Of a stretch of 64,000 nucleotides of DNA, positions 1 to 11,800 are shown in pieces. The position numbers were made by a program, and so were the translations under genes. Source of the DNA: Balamuthia mandrillaris. Lineage: Eukaryota. The stretch lies in NCBI GenBank assembly GCA_031835245.2, contig JAVKOQ020000066.1:62001-126000 (forward strand), given 5' to 3'. How positions within the stretch are numbered: position 1 is the stretch's first letter; every line of letters begins with the position of its first letter. The notes under the pieces are model-generated. The model searched no databases. It was given only the letters and a program-made list of their open reading frames with translations, and had not been told where the DNA came from.

Positions 1-86
1 CTGACGGGATTTTCCCGCCATAACACATCAGGTCGACACGGGAAAGTCTACAAAAAAAAAAGGAACACAAACAAAAAAAAGAGAAA

Positions 87-616
87 ATGGAAGGGAAGAA
101 GAAGAGCTCTTCCTCTTCCTCCTCCTGGAGCCCTCCCCCTTCTTCTGCTTCGGCGCGGAAGACCGGTGCTTTGAGGTCTGGTGCTTTGCCTCCGCCAGAA
201 AAGCGTAGACGACAGTGGGAGGACGAGGAGGAGTCCCAGTGGGAAGAGGACGAAGGGGAGTCGGAGGCGGAGGTAGCGGCCAGAAATAAAGCGGAGCGCG
301 GACGCAGGACGAGCGTCTTGAAGAAAGTCACGGCAGAGATTGATGACTTTTTGTCCTCGCGGGATGTCCTTTTGCATGCTGAGAAAGACATGAGACGAGT
401 GTCTGAGCTGGAAGGAGAATTGGTTTGGTTCTCTCCCTGTGTGTGTTGTTTTTTTTTTTGGCTCTACGTTTTTAAGTTTGTTCTCTTCTTTTTTTTGGGG
501 TTCGACCTGCAGTTGGAAACGCAACACCTGTTACGAGAACGAGAGGACGAGCTTGAGAGGCTACGGCGGCGGCTACATCTCTCCCAAAATGATGACCAAC
601 CAGAAATCTTGCGTTC

Positions 617-652
<36 letters not shown>

Positions 653-3429
653 CTCTCTCTTGCTCTCTCTCTTGCTCTCCCTCCCTCCCCCTCTCCCTCA
701 GTGAAAAGTTTTTGTTCTGATCTGATGTTTTATGGTTTTAAACATTACAGAGCAACAACTACGCGAAGCACGAAAGACAATATACGACTTGGAACAATAT
801 GTGGGTCGCAAAGAGTTGGAAAACAAAAAGGTACATTTCTCTCGTTCTTTAGTTTCTCTCTCTCCCTCTCGCGTTTGCTCAATTAGTAGCTTTGTGTGTT
901 GTGCAGCTGCGAGTTGAGATGGAAAGCGAGTTGGCGAAGAGAGAAAGAGAATTGAGACGGGAGAAAGAGAAGGCGGTGGAGCGTGACCTGAAATACGAGC
1001 GGATAGAGGAGGAAGGCAGAGGGCAGAAGGACCTGCAACCAATCCTCAAGCAAAAGGAAGGAGCCATCAAGAGCTTGAAGGAAACAGTCAACCAATTGGA
1101 AGAGAAGATGGGAGACCTCTCCACTCAGAACAGCAAGTTGCGACAGCTGCTCAGCGATGCGGAGCACACAAGCAGGGAGGAGCGAACGGAGCTTCAGTCT
1201 CAACTTCAGCAGTTAAGCGAACAGCTCAATTTAATGAATGTGGAACAAGAAGCCCTTTCAGAAAAGGTTAACATTACAATCAAGCAAGTTTGTTGATGAA
1301 GAGCAAATATTTACCCTTTTCTCACACCATATCACATACACTGTAACAGTATGAACGTTGTCGCACGCAATTGCAGCATGCTACAAAGAAAGCTGCAGAG
1401 ATGGATGATCTACACCTTCAACTTGCGCAAGCCAATCTAAAACTGAAGGAGCTCAGCGCTGCTGAAAACGCTCCTGCTGAGCTATCAGCAATCAACGCCA
1501 GCATGCATGGTTCGTTTTTATTCATTTCTCTTGTTGTTTCGGTCTATCTTTCGTGTCTTTACTTCTGTCTTTCTTCCGTGGGTTCCCTTTGTCTCTAAAC
1601 TTGCGTTTGCCATAAAGAGGAGCTACGTAGGTTGCAAATGGTAGAAAGAGATAAGGCACGCCTTGTGGAAGAGAATAAATACCTTAAAGAAGTGGAGCAA
1701 GAGGTGGTCTTGCTGCGAGAAGAGAAGAGAGGCCTCTCTTCTCAGCTTCGAATCTGTGAACAGCACTTGGAAGACTACAGCGAGCTCAAAGTTAAGTATG
1801 ATGGCCTGCAGGAACGGCTCTCTAAATGGTAAAGCAATGCTTCCCTCTTCTATAAGCGAAGATGTTGTGATGACCTTTTTTTTATTGTTGGTATTAAGGG
1901 AGCAACATTTGGGAGACATGAGCGAGTTTGAGTCTCCAGCTCATCTTACAAACCACATCAGCGAGTTAAGAAAGCAGATAGGTGAGCACATAGAATGTTT
2001 GTTATCTTTGTTCACACTCACTTTTTTTCTTTGTAATTTTAGAGATTGCATCAGAACAAAATGGACAGTTAAATGCCGAATTAAAGAGAGCAACAGCTGC
2101 CAAGCAAGTTTCTGAAGGGGTAAGCTCGCAGTTGAAGCAAGAGCTGGAGCAAACATTGAGCGAACTGGAAGCAACGAGGGAGTCCCTCCGGCGTAAAGAG
2201 TTGTGGGCTAAGATCGCAGAGAGGGAGAGAGACGGCCTGCGAGATTTGTTGGTACGTGCTTTTTTGCTCCTCATTATTGCTCGTTGAGCTTGGTGAACAA
2301 TAACCACTGGTGATGGCTCCAGAAAACCTATGAGGAAGCTGCGTTCAAAGATAACGCAAGTGCTGAGCCCCAAACGGAGCAACAAGATTTATTCCAACAG
2401 CAGGTGCTTCGACTGGAGGAGCAGCTTAATGAACGTGACATGCTTGTCCGCTCGCTTCAAGAGCAGTTAGACCAGCAACAACAAAAGTCTACAGCAAGAG
2501 AAGAACAGGAAGCCAGCCAACGTGCAGTCACCAGCAATATCAACGAAGAAGAAATGGAACGTATGAAAAAGGAGCTGGAGTTTGCTGTACGGGAGATTAA
2601 AAAGCTGAACGCGGAAAATGACAAACTCTCGGTTCAGCTGTCTCACTACGAAGCGCGAGTTGGTAAAGGCGACTTTGACCCTGCGACTACAAAGGTTCTG
2701 CACATGACCATTAATCCTACATCCGAGTTTGCTCTTCCAGCTGAAATTGTAGGCCTCTTCCGTCATTATTTTCTTGTCGCTTCTCTCTTACGATTATCTC
2801 CGTTGTGAAACAGGATCGTCTTCGTTCTGAGAATAAGGCCCTTAAGACTCGTTTAGAAAAGATAAAGGCTAACACGGAGCAACACCATGCTGCCGAAGGA
2901 ACCGACATGGATGTAGTGGGTGGGGGCAGTGGGATCGGAGAGGAGACCGCCGTCTTAGATTCCTTCTCCTACCAGAAGCTGCAAGCTGAGAACGAAAGCT
3001 TAAAACAAAGCCTCAAAGAAGGAGAAAAGAGCAACAAACGCCTTATGGAGGTTCTTGCTCTCACTCTCACTCTCTCTCTCTCTCTCTTCCCTCGTAGTTT
3101 CTGAGCTAACAGTGGATAAGCAGATCTTCCACAAGAAGATAACAGAATTCAGAGAGACGGTATATTTGCTGTTTGGCTGGAAGGTGAACGCCTACGAGGA
3201 AAAAGGCCACAAGCGCTATCAGCTCAAGTGCATATACAGAGAACACCAGGAGGACGACCTGGTCTTTCTGGTGACAAAAGATGGGATGCAGCTGCTGGAG
3301 ACGGAGTTCTCGGGGGGACTGCAGAACCACATCCAGACCTTTCTCGTCAAGTACAACTCCATCCCTTCTTTTCTGGCGATGACCACGCTCGACCTCTTCA
3401 AAAGCAAACGCAGCTCAGCGGATGGATGA
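87..3429 (+). CDS. MAD1: Spindle assembly checkpoint protein MAD1 (multi-exon)
   Basis: Long coiled-coil exons; MAD2-binding region TKVLHMTINP; C-terminal EFRETVYLLFGWKV...QLLETEFS...NSIPSFLAMTTLDLF. Confidence 0.9.
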
Positions 3430-3516
3430 AACATCTTCACCACAAAAACATCTAACAAAGAAGACGATAGGAAGGTACTGTACGATTATTTATTTATCTT
3501 TTTTGTGTTGTTTTTA

Positions 3517-5071
3517 TCAAGGAAGTGTAGTTGGCAGTGAAGCTGAACTGGGAACAGAGGGTGAAGTGGAGGAGGAGGAGAGATTGGAATGCTTTTTGGA
3601 GCGCTGGGCATGCTTGGCCTGATTGTAGAGCATCATGCCAAACAACGCAAGAGCGATGCCAAAAGCATTCAACGGAGAGATCGTGTTGCCAAACCACAGC
3701 AGCGACGTCAAAATCACAAACACTCGCTTCAACGTGGACGCCACCGAATAAGTCAACGGCGAGATGCGGCTGAGCAAGATGAAAGCAAAGAGCGTCTGCC
3801 CAAAGTGGGTCAGCCCGTTCACCAAGTACAAGGCCACCACCCGCTGCAAGTCCTCGCTGGAGAGGGGAGACCACAAGGAGAGCCACCCCCATCGCTCCAC
3901 CAGCCAAAAGGGGAGCAGCAAAACAAAGGAGACGATGGAGACGTTGGAGAGGAGGTTGATGTGGTCGATGCTCTGCTCCCGAAAGAGCTTCTTGGAGTAG
4001 ATGTTTTGGTAGGAGAAGAGCAGGGTGGAGCCAAAGGCCGTCAGGAGGCCCATCAGCTCAAAGTTGATCTCGGTGAGGGTGCACATGATGACCCCTGCCA
4101 CTATCGGCACCAGCGAGAGGAGCTCGTCCCAGCTGAACGTCTCGTGCAGCACCACCCGCGAGAGTATCACCGCAGTCACCGGCGATGTCGCCTTTGTTGT
4201 TTCGTTTGTGTGAGCTGAGAGATGAAAGGAAGGGTTGGGAAGGAGAGGATAAGGTCACCTTGACTGTTTGTGTAAAAGAAACGGGAACAAGCTCCAAGCT
4301 AATGTGAGTTAAGACCATTCCCAGTATGTGACCCACGCTTATCGGAGAGACCTATTGATGACAACAATCAACAATCAACAATAATCCGATCCATCGAATC
4401 GCGAGGAAGGGGGGATTGGGTTGAGCTCAACGTACCTGACGAAGAAGTTGAGAGAAGGAGAGGCGACGGTAGGGAAAGACGCGAAAGACCCGCATGAGGA
4501 GCTGGCAGTAGCACGCCATGAAGGCAAACTGCACGAGGGAGAGGGTGCTGGCCGAGGGGTAGAGGTCCAGGATGGACTTGGAGGAGTTGTTGGAGAGGAT
4601 GGAGCAGGCGTACCACAGCAGCAGCAGCCCGCCTATTCGCAGGGTGGCGGCGTCGGCCAGGGCGACGCTCCCTGCCCGGCTCAGCCCCAAGAAGGAGCCC
4701 ACCACCGTGTTGTGGTTGTGGTTGTGGTTGTGGTGCTGTTTTTCCAGCAGCAAGGAGGAGGAGGAGGACGAGGCGGGGGTGGTGTGAAAGAGGGAGGAGG
4801 CGGAGAGCAGGGAGGAGGCCTCCTTGCCGCCGAGCCGTTGTTGCGGTTGCGTTTGGTGGTGGTGATAGTGGTGAGGGGAAGGGGTCTCCGGGATGGAGAT
4901 GAGGAAAGACTCATTGTCGTTGTTATTATCGTGGTGGTGGTGGTGGTGGTGGTTGGATCCAACCAGTGCAGAGGAGGAAGAGGAGGACCACGGCTCGTTA
5001 TAATGGTGCTGCGGAGGAGAAGGAGAGGGAGCCGCCACAACGGCGGTTTGGTTCTGGAGGGCCGCCAGCAT
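3517..5071 (-). CDS. Triose-phosphate/nucleotide-sugar transporter family (SLC35E-like), with His/Ser-rich N-terminal extension
   Basis: Motifs VPVSFTQTVK, SLVPIVAGV, QNIYSKKL, ISPLTYSVASTLKRVFVI, GMMLYNQAK; multiple TM helices over 3 exons. Confidence 0.85.
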
Positions 5072-5340
5072 CGTGCGTGTGTACGAATGTCCGTCAGTTC
5101 TTTTTTTTAAAAAAAAAAAAACGTAAACCCCCTTCCTCCTGTTCTTTTGAAAGAAGGCCAGGTGTACCCCCGAGAAGTTTGACGTGACCCCTAGCTTCCT
5201 TTCCTTCCCTTCCTTTCCTTTCCTTCCCTCTTTTATTTTTCTTTTCTTTTCTTGATATTATTTATTTGGTGACTTTTTTTTATTTGGTGATAAATTTAGC
5301 CGATCACTAATGATGCTAATAGCCTATTACCCCTCCTAGG

Positions 5341-5514
5341 AATCCCTCTTCGGTCCTCTGCATCCTGGCTATTTTGCACCCCCTTCCGGCAGACCAGGAC
5401 TGCTCCGTTTCGCGGCTGTTGAAAGGTTCTGGTCGAGGGATTGTTGTTTTTGAAGGGGGCGATTTCGGTTGTTGAATACTTTGGCCATGGCCCGAAACTG
5501 TCCAGAAGGATGCA
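5341..5514. ncRNA. Candidate structured RNA of unknown class
   Basis: Five complementary segment pairs of 6-9 bp within 175 nt of intergenic sequence. Confidence 0.4.
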
Positions 5515-5553
5515 CCGCAAAAAAAAAAAAGAAAAAAAAAAAGGCGCAAAGGT

Positions 5554-5564
5554 GGATTCGAACC
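5554..5564 (-). promoter_or_regulatory. Isolated RNA Pol III B-box consensus (GGTTCGAATCC)
   Basis: Exact GGTTCGANTCC match on the minus strand, flanked by A/T tracts, no tRNA cloverleaf. Confidence 0.35.
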
Positions 5565-5752
5565 GACGGAAAAGAAAAAAAACAAAGAAGAAAAGAAGAA
5601 AGAAAAGAACAAGAAAGAAAAAGAAAGGAGAAGAGGGACCAAAGGGAGCAGTGACTACAATCGCTTTTTTTTTCCCCCTTCTTCCGTCGACCCTCCCTCC
5701 ACATCTTTTTTGTTTGCTCTTCTCCACTCCACAAAAAAAAAAACCAACAATA

Positions 5753-8448
5753 ATGGAAGAGCATTTATTGGACAAAGAGCAAAGCTTCGAGAGCTTGGGC
5801 CTAGATCCTCGTTTGCTCCGCGCCATCGAAAAGAAACTCGGCTGGGACAGCCCCACCCTCGTTCAAGCAGAGGCCATCCCTCTGGCCCTCCAAGGCAAGG
5901 ACGTGCTGGCCAAGGCTCGCACCGGCTCCGGAAAGACGGCCGCCTACTCCATCCCCATGCTCCAAAAGATCTTGGACCTGCGCAAGCAGAATGTTACGGA
6001 GCCCGGCGTGAGGGGCCTTGTCCTCGTGCCCACGAGGGAGCTCTGCCAACAGGTCTTTGAGCACTGTCAGGCGCTCACTCACTACTGCTCCGACACCATC
6101 ACGCTGCTTTCTCTCTCCACCGACCTTCCCTTTAAAACCCAAAAGTGAAGTCTCTCTCTCTCTCTCTCTTTCTGCGAACGTGTTTTCACTCACTTCTCTC
6201 TCTCTCTCTCTCTCTCCGAACAGAGCTCGTCTATCGGAACTGCCGGACGTGTTGATTTGCACACCAAAGCTCCTCCACGACCATTTGCAGAAAAAGGTTA
6301 GCTTTTCACACACGCATACATACTCAAAGAGAGAGAACAAAAAGATCCACCATTTTTTGCGTTTGTTTTTTTTTTGATGCTCACCCCCTCCCCTCCCCCT
6401 TTTTTTTCTTCGCTCGTTTCTACCTTTTCGTTTGGCTGTAACAAATAGACGGTAACGCTGAAGCACAGTTTGTCGATGGTAGTCGTTGATGAGGCGGACT
6501 TTATATTTTCGTATGGCTTTGAGGAGGATATACGCGCCATTGTTGAGCATTTGCCCACGATCTACCAAGCCTTCCTTATGTCTGCTACCCTCTCCGAGGT
6601 TCGCTTCTGCTTCTTGTTGTTCTTCTTTTCATTTTTGTTCGCTCTCTCTCGCGTGTAACAGAGATCATTTGTCGTTTGGGAAAACAAATATAGGACGTAC
6701 GCAACTTGAAAGAGTTAATGTTGAGAACACCCGCTGTTCTGAAATTGGAAGAACAAGAGGATACTACCAAGCCCGTCCTTAGCCAACACTCCATTTAGTA
6801 CTATTTTCTTCCTTTTCTTTTTCTTCTCTTCTTGTTGTTGTTCTTCTTCTTCTTCTTCTTCTTCTTCTTCTTCTTCTTCTTTCTGTTAATGTTGCTATCG
6901 ATACTGCAAACAGTTGCTCGGAGAAAGACAAATTCTTAATGGCATATTTTATGTTGAAAATGAAGCTTTTGGCGGGAAAGGCGCTGTTTTTCGTGAATGA
7001 TATTGAGCGTTGTTTCAGATTGAAGCTGTTCTTTGAGCGGTTTTCCATTAAAGCTGCTGTCTTGAATTCGGAGTTACCTCTAAATTCTAGGTAAACCTTA
7101 TTGTTCTCTCTCTCTCTCTCTCTCTCTCGCCTTAGTTGTTATTAATGCTTTTTTAATTGTTTAAAATAGGTATAACATCATCCAGCAGTTTAACAAAGGC
7201 ATATTCGACTATCTGATTGCCACAGATGAGACCAAAAATTTGAACGAAGACGAAGAAGAAGAGGAGGGAGAGGAACAATACACAAAAGGAGCGAAGGTGG
7301 TAGAGAGCAATGGGGATTATGAAGATATTGATGAATACGAGGAAGATGAAGATAGTGACGAACAGGGTGAAGAGAATGAGGAACAAGAAGATGATGAAGA
7401 GGACGAAGACGAAGAAGAGGACGAACAAGACGAGGAGGAGGAAGAAGACTCAGCAACGGAAGTTACAAAACAAAAAGGCAAAGAGAAGGAGCAAGCAAAA
7501 CATAAGAAAAGCAAACGAGAGGAGACAACCAATAGCGAAGAATACGGCGTAAGTCGCGGCATTGATTTCCAAAACGTCAAAGTAGTAGTAAACTTTGACT
7601 TTCCCACTTCTGTCAAGAACTACATCCATCGCGTTGGCCGCACTGGTCGTGGCAAGCAAAGCGGAACGGCCATATCCTTTGTCACGCCTCAGGACGGTAA
7701 GATGTTGCAAAAGGTCAAAGCAAACTTGGAAGAAAAAGGATCCGAAATAACGCCCTACACCTTCAAGATGGCATTGGTGGAGGGCTTTCGATACAGAGTG
7801 GAGGACGTGCTGCGCGGAGTAACGCGTGCTGCCGTCCGTGAGGCTCGCTTGCGGGAAATCAAACAAGAGATCATCAACTCTGAAAAACTTAAGGTTTTTT
7901 CTTACCCACTCTTGTTCTTTTGCATTGTTGGTTCGCCTTGCTCATCTTCTCTTTCTCCGGTAGACTCACTTTGAAGAGAATCCAGAAGATTTGCGGACTT
8001 TGCTAAAGCATGATCGCCCTCTAATGCAGTCGCGAGTGCAGCCTCACCTCAAGTTCGTGCCGCGGTACTTGGCACCCACTAACCTTGTTGGCCAGCAACA
8101 AAAGAAGATCAACGACGAGACTCAGAGAAGCGCTGAAATGAATCGTAAGCGCAGACGGCGCAGCGCCATCGTATCGAAGGTACTTTGTTCCCCACCTCTT
8201 TTTGCTGCTTTTTATCTTTTTTCCTGCTGTATTCTTTCTGTATTCTTTCTGTTTCTTCTTCCTTTGTTTAACCCGTAAACAACAGAAATCACAGGACCCA
8301 TTGAAGAGCTTCTCGACAGGGCGGGGCATCAAACGAGAGTTCACATTAGATGGTGAGGAGGAAGGCGGAGAAGGTTCTTCTTCTACAAGACAGCGTCGCG
8401 GATTTGTACGTGCTTTTCCTCTTTTTTTTTTTCACCCAATACTAATTA

Positions 8449-8482
<34 letters not shown>

Positions 8483-8531
8483 GAAAAAGGGAGGCCGTCG
8501 CCAACACAACCGAAAACGAGCCAGACGCTGA
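5753..8531 (+). CDS. DBP9: DEAD-box RNA helicase DBP9/DDX56 (multi-exon)
   Basis: [54 protein letters not shown]...[18 protein letters not shown]; acidic insert typical of Dbp9. Confidence 0.93.
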
Positions 8532-8806
8532 ACTCTTCAGAAAAGTTTGTGGTTGATTCTTATCCCAACAATAAATGAACTGTGATTCTTTCTCCGTTTC
8601 TCTCTCTCTTCTCCCTCTCTCTTTTGCTATCTAGTAGCCCGACAAGTGAATGTGAACAAAGATCGATAGGATAAACGCCCAGGGAAAACAATAGAGAAAG
8701 AGAGAAGGCACGAGAACCGATAGACAAACAACTAAAATATCGTATATGTACACTAACGACAAAAACAACAAAAAGGTGGTTAACTACACAGCTTAAGGCA
8801 GTGGCT

Positions 8807-11800
8807 TCAGCTTCCCAAATAGTCGTGCTTGATGTCTTTGGAGTCGGTGTCTGGAGAGATGCCGTAACGGTGGTGGTCTCCTTCCGAAGTTCCAGCGAGC
8901 AAGGACACGCTGGGCAAAGGATGGTAGGTGATGAACTGCTCTATCATTTCCTTCATGAGCTTGAAGTTGATAGGCTTGGAGAGATACTCGTCCATACCGG
9001 CCGCAATGCACTTCTCCCGGTCGCCTGCCAGGGCGTGGGCGGTCATGGCGATGATGGGTGTGTGAATGCCAAGCTCGCTCTCGATCTCTCGGATGACGGC
9101 CGTGGCCTCAAAGCCTCCCATCTCCGGCATCTGCACGTCCATGAGGATAAGGTCGAAACGTTGCTTCTTGGCGAATTCCACGGCTTGCACTCCGTTGGCA
9201 GCCAAAGTGACGGTGTGGCCTAGCTTCTCCAACACGCGAATAGCCACTCGCTGGTTAATGTGGTTGTCCTCTGCCAGGAGGATGTTGGCATGGAACATGG
9301 ATTGCTGCAACTCTTCCCGCATTTCGACGGGGATCTGGGGCTTGGGCTCGGAGAACGGGTGCAAAATGGCGTTGAGCAGTTCAGAGTGGATGACAGGCTT
9401 GGTCAGATAGGCGCTGATGGTGAAGCGCCCGTTAGGAATGCTGTTAATGCCCTGCGGCAACATCATGATGATGGCGGTGTCCATAAGCTTCCGGTCTTGG
9501 TGGATGAGTTCGGCAAGGTGGTAACCATCCAGGTCCGGCATTTCGGAATCGAGAATGAGCTGTTGGAAGGGCGTACGGTGCTCGCTGGCTTGCCTCAGCA
9601 TGGCCAGTGCGCCTTTGCCTGAATCAGCGACAGCGCAGGCTACGCCCCAGGAGGTAAGGAGACGTTGAAGGATTCTGCGGTTGGTGTTGTTGGCTGCTGC
9701 CACGAGGATAGGAGCCTTCTTGACGGCTGGCCCTCTCATCTGCATCTGCAATTGCATGGAGCCTTTGGGCAAACCGAAGCAGGCAGTGAAGTGGAAGATG
9801 GAACCCTTGCCAGGAGTGGATTTGACTCGCAACTCACCATGCATCAGGGCTACAAGGCGAGTGGAGATTGTAAGACCCAAGCCCGTGCCTCCGTAGCAGC
9901 GAGTAATGGAACCGTCAGCTTGAGAGAAGGCATCAAAGATGATGGCCAATTTGTCCTCGGGTATACCAATGCCCGTGTCGGACACGGCAAAGTGCAAGGT
10001 GATTTCCGTTTCGCTCTCGTTGAGAGAGGCCATTTCCACGGTAAGCAATACCTCGCCGTGCTTGGTGAACTTAATAGCATTACTGATGAGGTTCGTAATG
10101 ACCTGACGCAGGCGGCCAGGGTCTCCAATCAGACGATCGGGGAGCTCAGGGACGATGTCGCACATGATCTCCAGACCCTTCTGGTGGGCGCGCAGGGCCA
10201 AGGCCTTGACGGTATCGTACATAGTACTTCGGAGAGAGAAATCGATGGCCTCCAGGTCCAAGCGACCAGCTTCGATCTTGGAGAAGTCCAAAATATCGTT
10301 GATGATAGTAAGCAGGCCCAATGCAGAGGAGTGAACGTTCCGTAGGTACTCGCGCTGCACAGAGGACAATTGGGTTTCCAGAGTCAACTCCGTCATACCA
10401 ATGATACCATTCATAGGCGTACGGATTTCATGAGACATATTTGCCATGAAGTCTGATTTGGCACGGTTAGCGGCCTCGGCTGCCTCCTTAGCCAGCGTAT
10501 TCTTCTCCGTGATCTCTTTCAGATTGGAAATCATCTTGTTGATGATCGTCTTCAAGGTATTCACCTCTCCTGCCGCCATCACCGTAATGGAACGAGTGAA
10601 GTCACCCTTTGTTACGGCGGTGGCAACCTCGGCGATGGCTCGCACCTGAACCGTAAGATTGGAAGCCATTGTGTTGACACTGTCTGTCAAGTTCTTCCAA
10701 ATGCCGCCTACACCGCGTACGTAGGCCTGGCCTCCAAGCTTTCCTTCGGTACCGACTTCCAAGGCCACACGCGTTACTTCAGAAGCGAAGCTGTTCAATT
10801 GATCCACCATCGTGTTGATTGTGTCCTTCAGTTCGAGAATCTCTCCGCGCACATTGATGGTAATCTTCTTGCTGAGATCTCCGTTGGCTACGGCTGTGGT
10901 CACCTCGGCGATCGTTCGCACCTGGTTGGTCAGATTGGCTGCCATCGTGTTCACATTGTCTGTCAAGGCCTTCCATGTTCCTCCCACGCCTATCACGTTG
11001 GCTTGACCACCGAGCTTTCCTTCGGTACCGACTTCCAAGGCCACACGCGTTACCTCAGAGGCGAATGTGCTCAATTGGTCCACCATTGTATTGATGGTGT
11101 TCTTCAGTTCTAGAATTTCTCCTTGCACATTCGCTGTGATCTTCTTCGTTAAGTCCCCTCTGGCTACGGCCGTGGCCACCTCGGCAATGGCTCGCACTTG
11201 ACCCGTCAGATTGGCTGCCATCGTGTTCACATTGTCTGTAAGATCCTTCCACACACCGTCTACTCCACGGACATGGGCCTGACCACCGAGTTTTCCTTGG
11301 GTACCGACTTCCAAAGCTACACGCGTTACCTCAGAGGCGAAACTGTTGAGTTGATCCACCATTGTGTTGATTGTATCCTTGAGGTTAAGAATTTCTCCTT
11401 TGACGTTGATAGAAATCTTCTTGCTGAGATCTCCACGAGCCACAGCGGTGGTTACTTTAGCGATGGCACGCACTTGGTTGGTCAAATTTGCAGCCATAAC
11501 GTTTACGTTATCGGTAAGATCCTTCCAGGTTCCGTCCACGCCCTTTACTTGGGCTTGACCACCGAGCTTTCCTTGGGTACCGACTTCCAAAGCCACACGA
11601 GTTACCTCAGAGGCGAATGTGCTCAATTGGTCCACCATTGTATTGATGGTGTCCTTCAATTCTCTGATCTCTCCTTGCACGTCTGCCGTGATCTTCTTGC
11701 TGAGGTCTCCTCGGGCTACGGCAGTAGCTACCTCAGCAATGGCTCGCACTTGGCCAGTCAGATTGGCTGCCATCGTGTTCACATTGTCTGTAAGATCCTT

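Noticed and set aside
5398..5420. SRP RNA helix 8-like motif on the minus strand (CAGCCGCGAAACGGAGCAG)
   Set aside because: Imperfect match, and no helix 6, long helix 5 or Alu domain visible
5545..5570. tRNA gene at the B-box
   Set aside because: Only the T-loop motif is present; no acceptor, D or anticodon arms, and flanks are homopolymer tracts
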